NCBI GenBank assembly: GCA_907165135.1 | Contig: OU015568.1 | Coordinates: 3,472,001-3,536,000 of the forward strand | Direction of reading: 5' to 3' | DNA from: Oikopleura dioica | Lineage: Eukaryota; Animalia; Chordata | DNA: 64,000 nt | Shown: positions 21,456 through 32,129 of the stretch, one piece after another | Layout of the letters: each line of letters starts with the position of its first letter | How positions within the stretch are numbered: the stretch's first letter is position 1 | Notes under the pieces: model-generated | Told to the model about the DNA's origin: nothing | Database searches by the model: none | What the model saw: the letters and a program-made list of their open reading frames with translations, nothing else | Translations under genes and position numbers: made by a program

Positions 21456-23700
21456 TCACGTAAATCCTTCGTTGTCATCCTTTTGCATAAACTTATTCTC
21501 CAATTTCGCAAATGCAACTGCATATTCAAGAAGAAAAAAGTCTGAGATCGAAAGAATCTCGGAGATAAAACCCCCGCTGATATCACTATGTTCCGCACTC
21601 TTTAAAATCAGCAGCAGTCGGACAATAAGCAAACAGAGATCTCCACTAAAATGAAGCTTTTTAATTTCCTCCTCGGCTCTGCCCTCAGTATCCATCCTTT
21701 TACTTCCGAAGCCCCTACTACGCAAAACCCAGATAAGTGCCAGAATATCCACATCGTCTACGGATCCCACAATAAGAACAACAAGTTGAAGTTTATCTCT
21801 GAAACTTCTGCTCTCGTCCAGGTATGAGCCAAAAGAGAATCAGCTGGTTAAATTCCAACCTGACAGTACGATGTCAAATACAGTAGCGAAGCTTCTCATG
21901 ATGTCCGAACCGATGCATACATTGGTTTTCTCCAATTCTTTGTTGGAAAATGCGGCAATGACTTTCTCCAAGGCCCGGTTTAATTCAATCTTCGCCTTAC
22001 TATTCTCATATAGCCTATATGATATAGGCCCTTTAGCCAAATTCTTACTTATGACCTTTCCTCAAACCGGGAAAAGCGATGGTAGACCACCGAGTCAGCT
22101 TTTCTTTCTTGGACAAGACTGAATACTACACCACCGAGTAAAATCCTCTTCCTTGATTTCTGATCGTAAATAATTTCCTAGCCATTTTGCTCGATACAAG
22201 GAGAACGGCAACTGGTCCAAATCTGTGATCCAGTTCAATGCTAAAGGACTTCCACCAGCTCCAGTTCATCATCGAAACCAGATCCAAAATGGTGGTGGAG
22301 ATCGCCCTCACCTTGGAACCAAGAGATCTGATCGATACATGCTCCAGATCAACGGTCTTGACCAGGTTCGAAAGTCAAGATAAATCCTTATCATTGCAAG
22401 AAATAGGTTGACTGGACTGGAGTCAACAAACTCGAGTGTCTCTACGGTGCGAAATCTGCTTCTGCTCCAGAAGATTACAGCGGCGAAGACTTCACTTACT
22501 GCGCCCTGAATAACAACTAAACAACCCTTTCCGATGATCTGCAAAGAATAAAATGTAGCCCTGTAGTACAGTCGTAGTTTACTTCAGAAAAGGCCATAAA
22601 ACACAATGGAGCAAGTGCTCATATTCAAGAACTCTTCGTTCTCTCCAGGGCAAAAGGAATGATTCCCGAGCTTGCAAAAGAAACATCCGCAGAAAGTGTC
22701 GTCAAGCGTGGCGATTCGTTTGAGAATAAGGACGAAAAACAGCAGTAAAGCCACAACAATAGCTGAAAATATTCAGTTGAAAGCGCAAAATATAGCAGGT
22801 AAAAATATCGACAAGAGGTTTTCTGCTACTTTTGCCGATTTAGTAGTACCATTCGAAAAACAGTCTTTTGGTTTGATTTCCCTCCCTTCGTTTTGAACAA
22901 AAGCACCGGAATAATATCCTCTCCGGTTGAATCTTTTCTCAATCTCGCTCTCCGGATTCTTTTTCTATTAAACTCTCTTTGAGATAAATATGGGTTCTTC
23001 ATGCCCAGATTCTAGCACTACCTAATATTCAGGAGAAATCCCTCAAATCCCTTTGGTAAAGGCACTTTTATTAATTATTCAAGGCGAAATCTACTCTTTG
23101 CAAAGTGATTTTGGCTACTTGACTACATTACCTGCTGAAATGTATCCAAACGTTTCTTTAGAGAACTTGTCTTCTTCGCGGCCGAAAATCATCGGGGCTT
23201 GAGCCTGAAAATTAAGTCTAAAGACGGAGATTTAAGAATGAAGAGACATTAGCATTGAGAACAGCGATGTTTATGAGCATGGCTGTCATGACTTGCGCAT
23301 CACGAATCGTGTTGAATTTTGGCTTTTGCTCTGACATGTAAATATCCATGAATTTCTCGACAGATTGGCGGTAAATCTGGTCCTTATTCAAAGTAGTCCT
23401 CCTTGATTTCATGCTTTGTTTGAAAGCCAAAGAGAGGGAGTCCGACCCTCGTTTTTCTAAAAAACGCATGCTCTTTTTGAAAATCGTCCCTCGACGGGGA
23501 TTTTTAGCAATTTTTTTGTGGATTCCGTAATTTGATCTCGAGGAACACCGCCGTGAGTTTTGAGTACTCGCGATGATCTGCTCGACCCGCTGATTGTTGA
23601 ATTTCTCATACGCCTTGACAGCGTTGTAAAAAACATTCATAAAAACATCATCTCGCTCGTTTTTGCGGATATTTTGTCTTGCTGACTGGAATCTGCGCAT
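21456..23700 (-). CDS. Multi-exon protein resembling a degenerate tyrosine-recombinase (integrase-like) domain
   Basis: Eight exons can be joined in frame with GT-AG introns. Motifs RDAQVMTAMLINIAVLNA(NA)QAP, LLNIREF, IPVLLFKT, LFTIRNQG, IELNRALEKV, GSDIMRSFAT and ISEILSIS..LEY occur in tyrosine-recombinase order. Recognised by eye only. Confidence 0.45.
21651..22520 (+). CDS. Secreted protein of unknown function, about 150 aa, nested antisense in the introns of the previous gene
   Basis: Signal peptide MKLFNFLLGSALS; three exons joined in phase 0 (…SALVQ|ENGNWSK…GLDQ|VDWTGVNKLECLYG…YCALNNN*). Confidence 0.65.
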
Positions 23701-23736
23701 TTTACTCAATGACCGTCAAAAAACAATGCATTTATT

Positions 23737-26700
23737 AATTTCCCCTCCGCGGATAAATGTCACGATTTAAAATCTGTTCGGACTTACGATTGGAAAATCT
23801 TTTAGACTTTCTGTCGACGCTTTTCTTAGGCTTTCGCTTGTCTGTTGGCTTTTCATGCTTATTTTTTTTCAACTATTTGACCACACAGCGGGATATGCAA
23901 AAAAGCATATTGTTATCAGTACGCTTATCAATGAGCCTGTCCTTGGTCAGAAAGAAGACAAAAAAGAGTGGCAAAAATCTAAGCAAAATTATCATTTATT
24001 TGCATTTTCTGTACAGTTTTAGTTTGACGATAGAAGGTCAGTGTTTTACAATTTCTTTCACTTGGCCTCGTTCCAAAAATATCGACGTCGTGCCCAAGAG
24101 TTTGCTCTCTTCGACCACGTGAGTACTCACCAAAACGCCTTTGTTCAAATTTTCAAAGACTTGAAGCAAGCTTTTCATTTTGATTCTCGCTGACGGGTCC
24201 AGTCCGCACTAGAATGAAAATATTTTATTAAAAAAAGAAGCGAGATTCTTACGGAAGGCTCGTCAAGGACGATGAAGTCAGGATTGTTGAGAATTGAAAT
24301 GGCGACGCATAACTTTCTCTTTGCTCCTCCGGAAAGCTGTTTGGTCAGTCTTTTTGAATATTTTTCGATATCGACGAGAGAAATTATTTCTTTCGTGATG
24401 TTCTTGCAATTTGCGACGCCTCGTGTTCCGAGGAGGATTTCAATCGTTTCTTCAACGGTCAAGCTGTCTAGCAGACAATCTCGCTGTCTGCAGTACCCGA
24501 TTCTTCCAGATCGTAAAATCACACCGCTTGACGCGCTATTCAATTTGCAAAGGATGCTCAAAAGAGTTGTTTTTCCAGCGCCATTTGATCCAAGAAGACA
24601 GACTGTTTCTCCTCGATTCAGATCGAAAGACACATTTTTCAATGCTGATTTTTCTTTGTAAAACTTTGTGATGTTCTTGATTTGAATAGAGCCCTTGGAG
24701 TAAGGATCGGAGTCAGTTTCTTTGATCACGGAAAACTCAGTGTCGGAGGAGTTTTCAAGGAAATAAAGGATGCCCCAGTAGATAGAGGAGAGGACGAAAC
24801 ATCTTGATGTGGTTGTATTTTCAGATAACGAAAAATTTATTATTAATATTATTTATTATTATTTAGAGTTTACAACTTTGATGTTTTTACAGTTTTGTGA
24901 AATTGTCTTTGGGCGAGATTCTTACTACCAAAAGTCAAAGTAAGTGGATAATTAAAATAATTATAGTTTTCTTTGTTCACCAGTCTTATGGTTTTCCCTT
25001 AATAACCATTTCCTTATCCAAGGATCCCCAGTTATTCGTATCCCACTCAAAGGATCAATTTCCACCGCTTGGCAAAAGAAAGAAACTCCCGAGTGGCTTT
25101 TACTGACACAAAATTTCGAGAATGTCTTTTCGCAATAAATTTCAAACAGTTCGATCGCGAAATTGTAAGAAGGAAGAATTCCATATAGCTGGAAGAAAAC
25201 AGATGATTGCTCGTTTCCAGTGAAGATTTGAGTGCAAGTCGCAGACATGAACATAAGAATCGTACAGATGAAGTTGACGTTGCTGTGGTGGCCGACGAAA
25301 GATCCTTTGTCTTCGGAGAAATGACCGACGATGAAGGCGACCGGCATGTGAGCGATAAAGAATCGCAGGCAGACGGAGAAGATTGGAAGAACTTCGCCGA
25401 TCCCGAATTGAAAGTTTGGCGACTTGATGAACAAACTAGTCACCATCATACAACCCGCCAGAAGTGCCACTGACTGTAAAAGACAAGTAGCATACTGAAC
25501 GAGCCAGAAGAATCGCCTTTTCAATGCTGATGTATGCGCTTGAATTTGCCGGAATCCAGTTTTTCGCTCTTCTACTACGTTCATCCCAACTGGTGACATC
25601 ATCATCATCATTGCCAAAATACAGTTGTAGACAACAGTCATCCCTTTCACAAAAGAATCAGTAAAGAGCACGCTGCCTTCTGGCTGCGGAAGATCAAAAG
25701 GCTTGTGGGTGAGAAAGATGGAAGCATTGGTTTTTGCTCGGAGTACTGTTCGATGAGAGTGAAGGAGAGCAGCTGGAGGAGCGTGGAAAAAATCGTTGGG
25801 GTACATGGTGAAGTCGTAATCTGGCAGATGGACGATTCCGCTGATCCCTGTTCCGACGATTTTCAGCACGTCGTCATAATTGACTGTTGATGCTTCAGGA
25901 CTGGCGTTTCGATTACTGTCAAGTGAGATATCCGTCAAGATGACCACAGCTGTCGGGAGGAAGAACTGCATGAATAAGATGAAAGGATCACGCTTCAGAA
26001 GGATAAAGCACTTTCTTAGCTGATAAAGAAGCATCGATGAAATGTTTCTTCTGGACTTCTGGATGGCATTTTCCAAGACTCGATGATTATCTTTTCTCTC
26101 TTTCATGTGTTTTTCTTCTGACTCAAGTTCGAATAACGAGCTCAATCCTGTTGGTCGGTCGCTCATTACTTCTTCAAGTGATCCAGATTCACAGAGCTTT
26201 CCTTCTTTCAGAAACAGCACCGAGCTTGCTAAGTTTTCAGCTTCGTCCATGTAGTGAGTCGACATGAGAATAGAAGTTGAAGCGGACAGGTTCCTTAGAA
26301 TTCCCCAGAGCTCGTTTCTAGAGACCGGGTCTAAGCCAGACGTTGGCTCGTCCAACAATAAACGTTTTGGCCGTCCGATGATAGATAGACCTAATGTTAG
26401 TTTCCTGAGCATACCACCGGACAGCTGATTCGGGTAGTTTTCTAGTTTATCAAAAAGTTGAACGTCTTTTGCCAATGATTCAATTTTTGCCTTCTCCAAA
26501 GAAGTCGTGGAAAGCTTCGAGAAGATTTCGAAGTGCTCTCTCACGCTCAGATATTCGAAAAAGATATTGTGCTGCGGGCAGTATCCGCAATTTCCGCCGC
26601 CGACGAGGTCTGATCCAGATGTTGGCTCCATAAATCCACAGAGGATATTCAAAAGCGTTGATTTCCCAGCGCCATTCGCGCCAAGAAGAGCGGTAATCTC

Positions 26701-28794
26701 ATTTTCTTCTGTTTTGAAAGAGACTTTGTCAAGGGCGACTTGATTTGAAGATTCATAGAATTTCGATAAATCTTTAACTTCGAATCGAGAAGCTTCTGTT
26801 TTCTTCTGTCCTTGGAGTTTTCTGCTTTTGATTTTCTCGAAACTCAGGGTCAGCAGAAAGTAAAACACTGTCGTGACAAGGAGATAAACGATTACATCGA
26901 ACATTCCCAGGGGATCTTCGAATGAAATCTTCTCGTAGAAATTTTCGGTCAGTGACAAACCCATGTTTTTGCTTTGATAATGACAAATTATGTCGCAACC
27001 AAGGGCGAGCATGATTGTTGGGTTGAGAATGATCGCAATTTTTGGCAGAAATGGCATCAACCGCCAGCTTGTAGAGATGAACCCGTGGGGGACTGAGATG
27101 AAGAAGATGATGGCTGAAATGATCGTTGCTGCTGTAGTTGGCTTTGTGAAAAAAGTCGAAGCTAGGTGGCAAAGGAAGATAAGGGAGGAACCATACGCAG
27201 TCAGGAGTAGCCAAATGACGGAGAACGATGTGTGGGGGAAGATTGCTCCGTTGGTTGAAATATTTGCAGTCAGCGCGTAGGACAACACAGCAGAAGCGAT
27301 GGATTGAAGAACGAGGCTGACGAAATGATGCGCAAGAATGATGTCTTTTGGAGAAGCACCGACGAGCGAGAGGTAGTCAAGTCGATGTTCTACTCGATGA
27401 CGGGTGATTGTCTTCAATACATGTTGGATGAAATGCGCAAAACCGAGCATGAAAATCAAATGAAGCTGCTGCTGCGCCATTTCAGGAAACGTCGTCGTCA
27501 GTTTTGCCGACTGTCCGGAAGGCTGGAGAATCTGATCCGCGTCGTGATAGACTCCGTTTTGCTCAAGAAATTGTTTTTGAATCGAGTTCTGGACTGCTAG
27601 AAAGCCTTCAGTGTAATACAGCGACCATTGAGAGTGATCATCGATGAGAGTGGAGCCAATCGTGTTTGTTATCATTTTCCCAAAAATCGTCGGAGAGCTC
27701 AAGTGCCCCATCCAGCCTTCCCAATTGCCTTTGATAGGGTATTTCCCTGCTGTAGGAAGAGTTCGAATCGTGAAGTTCAATTGCTCAGAAACATCATGGA
27801 AGTGAACCCCAAGGTAGATGTTTCGAGTATTTCTCGATCGGGCGATGTACTCTTCCATGTCTTCAACTTGTGAAAAACCCTTTGGGACGAACTTTTTACT
27901 TGCTGAAACCTTGCCAAAGAAGTCGTACCCGTTGAATTTTTCTCTTATATCAGCGCATGTTCTGTTGATGATTTCCAAGTTCCGGGAAGTTTTTGGAGCG
28001 AAGAGAATCTCATGAGTATCGACCATGGCGAATCTTTTGGGATAGACTTTTGACGAGATAATCGGCTGCATATCCACTTTGCCCGTCTCATAATCCCTTG
28101 CTGAGAAAACTTAAACGGACTGTCGAGAAGAATGACTTACCTATCTCTCTAAAACTGAGGAGAAGAATGGAGCTCAAAGAAGGAATCGTAAGTAGAAGAA
28201 TCAAATCCAAAGGTTTTCTCAATTTCTCTAGCAAAAACAACCGAGCAAGTGTCCAGAATTTCGACTAAAAGGAATATTGCTCTCTTTGCCTTTTTATGGC
28301 AAATGTTTTGACTCAAACCTTAGAGTTCTTCTTCATTTTGATTAAAAATTCGAAAAAGTAGTGAAGTGAAGATATGATGTAAACTCAAGAATGACCTCCT
28401 CAAGTTCTGAACTCTTCATCTGAGGTCAGACTAACCAAATGTTTGGAAAGTAGTCTAGTGGCTCTAAGTTTGCATGTAGTGACACGAAAAGATTCAATGG
28501 CAAATACAGGCGGAGTCTAAAAATTCTGTCTGATGTCTGGCTTACGTAAGAGTAAACTTTCGTATATTTGAAATTTACGTTTCTTTCTTCGAAAATTCTC
28601 AGTCTGGAAACCTTTGAGACCTTGCATGCTTCTTCTGTCTTTGAAGAACTCACCAAGAAAAGGAAGATGATGGAAATAGAAGTTGCAATTTCAAAACCAA
28701 ATAGAAGAAGATCCGCTAAGTAAACGGCGAAATTTGACCTCGTGCATTTGGGGTGCACGAGTTCACTTTTTATTCCTCGAAGTGCGGATTTCAT
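23737..28794 (-). CDS. ABCA: ABC transporter, subfamily A (two TMD plus two NBD)
   Basis: Walker A GANGAGKST and GSNGAGKTT; signatures LSGGMLRK and LSGGAKRK; Walker B LLLDEPTSGLDP and IVLDEPSAGLDP; STHYMDEA. ECD-TM5 topology is typical of ABCA. One exon is about 3.1 kb. Confidence 0.9.
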
Positions 28795-28888
28795 AACTAT
28801 TTTTGTGGCCAGTTAATCAAATACGACGGTTAGAAAACCAAGCCAGACCGCTCAGTCTACTCTCACAACAGATCAAACGAATTCAAAA

Positions 28889-29522
28889 ATGAAAGTTTTC
28901 GGATTTTTAGCCGCTTTCGCCACCGCTCAAGATTTTAGCGTGCTTTCTAGCGCTGCTGAGGACTTGGACAAGATCATCACTTCCACCACCGGCAATGTCA
29001 AAGAGGTAAGTTTTAAAAGTAAAGAAAATGACTGACTGGATATTCAGATCATCTCAAAATTCGCAGACTTTGATTTCCAGCGACCAGTAGAGTGCGACAG
29101 TGAGAAAATGTCTGTAGAAGAGGGTGTTGCCTGTGTTCAAAAAGGATTCAGCCAGATCTTCGAGTTTGGAAGTAAGTTCTGTTGAGAATCCCGAAGGCTC
29201 ATAAATATTTAGCTGAGACAATCGCTGCTACCGCCGAGAAATTCGTTGAGGACGGAACCTTTGACCGAATCGTTGAGCGCGCCGATCAGATGAAGCAAAA
29301 TCTCCGAGATGCCGGATTCAACATCTACGAATACGACCCAGAGAAGCCATACGTTTACACACCACCAGAGGACCTTAAGAAGTACGATTTCAGCGGAGAT
29401 GAAGGTTCGTTAGAGATGCTCTCTCAAAGTTTACCCCCTTTTCAGTGAAAGAAACGATGGACAATGTCAACAAAATCATCAAAGAAGCTACTGCTTCCTT
29501 TGGAAACAAAGATGAACTGTAA
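28889..29522 (+). CDS. ER-lumenal helical protein with signal peptide and C-terminal KDEL
   Basis: MKVFGFLAAFATA; four exons joined by GT-AG introns; ends ...KEATASFGNKDEL*. Confidence 0.75.
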
Positions 29523-29584
29523 CTTCTCTTTAGTCTGTGAATAAATAAACCTTTATTGAAAGCTAACTGAGTAAAAATAATGAT

Positions 29585-31236
29585 TCATAAATCACGAGGT
29601 CCATCATAAGAATGAGCCGATCGTCTTTTTCTTTCTTCTGCAGGACTTTCTTCGTTGTCTTCCGAGGTTGTATTGTCACTGGGAGGGGGAGGCGGGCATT
29701 CTCCTACCGGCTTGAGATAATCAGGCGAATATCCTCCAGGGCAACAATCAAATTCATCAGTATTGTAGGGAACATGATTGCAACACGAATTTGGATAGCT
29801 ACTCGTATCATAAGAATCCGCTGCACGACGATTTCTAGCGGTATGTGTGTTGGTGACATTAAAATGATAGGGTTCAATTTCGCAGAAATAATTCCAGCTC
29901 CGGTAGTAGCAGAAGAACTTATCCCAAAAAGAATCTTCGAATAGTTTGTTCACAAAATTTTGCGGATCGACTCCGTTTGTTCCGTTTGATGGAGATGCCA
30001 TTAGTGCGTAGTCACATGATTCAGGCGTCAAACAGCCGATAATGTTCAATCCTCTCCAATATTGTTCCTCCTCAGCGTCTGTTCTCGTGTAAGTTATGTT
30101 TCCGATCGTTTCATTTATCAGCATTCCTACTGGAAAAATAAAGTCAAAGGCGCCTTCTATCGGATCGTGTAAGGGCCTCATGAAGCTCAGCAGTTCCTGT
30201 TCATTCTCAAAAGCGGTTCCAACAAAAGGTCCTCCTGCAGTCATTGCAAGGATCTTGGCGATCGGAGTGTATGTCGTGAAGTCGTATTGCCATTCTTCTG
30301 TATTATTCAGAGGATAACCCGGGCTGTTGAAATGCGGATCCCATTTTCGCCACTAATGATCAATAGATAGCTTAGCTAGAATGAACATCTCTTACGTTTT
30401 GTTCTTCAAAAGTAGCTGTTTTAACAATTGCATCTTTGAGACCGCCTGTTCCACAAAGAGGCTCCCTCATAAAATTTCCTGGTCTACCCTGATAAACCGG
30501 ATCGAATGCATATGGTGTCGGATTTTCTACTGGTGACCCTTCATTATCTACCCAAGGTCCATTGAGACAATTATTGATATTTTCATCGGTATATCCATAT
30601 AATTTGCAATGAAACTTCTCCAACCTTGAATTATGTAAAATAAAAACCACGCGGTTATTTTTTACCCAATAAATCCGCTTCCAAAGTTCCTGGGATCTTC
30701 TGCCCCAACTCCCCTTGTCGTCTTCAAGAGCACATCTTGGCTGAAGGTCTCATTAAAGTCAACCAACGTCTCGTAGTTCGATGAGTCGCCATAGATTGCA
30801 ACGGCGATTCGTACGGCGCCAATGTTAATACGACCTATATTTTCATACTGCTTTGTTTCTGGATCGACGTAATAGTACAGCTGGCGAACAGTGTCCATCA
30901 CAAAATCAATTTGCTTTCGGGATCCTTCGAAGCGGTTGAAATTATTGACTCCATCTTCAGAAGGGAGGTCAATGTCGAATTCGGTCAGAGCTGATCTGCA
31001 TTCTATCGGGTCAACTAGCGCCGACTGGTCGATAAGAAACAGAACATCCGACTAAAGTGAGGCTGGAAAGAGCTTGTAAAGATCAGAATTCTTACCATGC
31101 AAGGAGCACAAGCACAAAACCAGCATCGATCATGCATCAATGTTGCTTGTACTGGGCATTTTCGCTGACTCGTCTTTTCGGCTCTTGAAATTATCCCGAT
31201 TTGGTCAAAAAAGGTCTGGACTTGACTTCCTATCAT
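29585..31236 (-). CDS. vWA-like-domain protein with C-terminal CC-x4-YN-x5-CC motif (oikosin-like extracellular protein; 5' end uncertain)
   Basis: SDVLFLIDQS (degenerate MIDAS), VRIAVAIYG, and SCCNHVPYNTDEFDCC. Its polyA signal overlaps that of the convergent KDEL gene at about 29540-29560. Confidence 0.6.
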
Positions 31237-31562
31237 CTCTCTTTTCTATGCTCTTCTGAGAGCTTGTCTGAGCCGACAAGGTAATTATTCTAAGCAAGTA
31301 TGACGTTTTGCGATTTTCGCAATAAATTTTATAACCTTTTTTATGAAGTATGCTGATGCGAAGATAATTTAGCGCGAAGAAAACACTTTAACGACATAAT
31401 AAATGCAAATTAAGATTAATTTCGAGTGCCAAGTTGAAATTGAACGACCATGATCGCCGATTGAACAAAAGGATGGAGGCACAAGATTTTCGATTTTGAA
31501 TTTTCCGAAATCGACTATCTTGGGTCATCGCTTCAAAAGACTGTCAACAATCTGAGGCTAGA

Positions 31563-31684
31563 ATCGGAAACCTGTGCCGAAAACATGAGTCAGGGTCCTG
31601 GAAAATATTTGATAAAAGCCGCCGAGTGGTAGTCTTATCAAAGCTCTAGGACCCTGACTCAGGTTTTCTACACAGGTCGCCGAG
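31563..31684. mobile_element. Family A MITE copy
   Basis: Inverted arms AAACCTGTGCCGAAAACATGAGTCAGGGTCC and GGACCCTGACTCAGGTTTTCTACACAGGTCGCCG. Confidence 0.6.
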
Positions 31685-32129
31685 TCCAGATCTGAAATGA
31701 CACAGGAGGACAAAATTTGATTGTGAAGTCTAATTTTCAAAATATCAAATTTGATCTCATCCTATTGCTTTGCAAAATTCCTCATAAACCCGGCCCTAAA
31801 ACCATAAAAATGGCGCTAGAAAGGAACGAGAAAGTGCGAACGTTCGATTTCGCTTTTTTCGAAAAGTGGTTGATTGGCCGCGCGCACCCAATCGCTTTTT
31901 ACAATGGCCTGGCTCAATTTTTCTCACACATTTCGTCCCACTTTCGGACACTGATTTTCCGAGTCCTCTTTTTTTTATCGATTTCCGGGAAAAATGTCAC
32001 ATGCAGAGAAACAAACAAAAGTCGAATGAATGAAAAGTTGAAAATTTAGAGATCGGAAAAGAAAGAAAAATTGGGGAAAAAGATGAAGAAATTGATTGAA
32101 AGAAGCTTTTGGAGAAGATTCTAGAGAAA

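Noticed and set aside
25207-28015. Numerous plus-strand ORFs opposite the ABCA exon
   Set aside because: Shadow ORFs of a long coding exon; no motifs or splice pattern.
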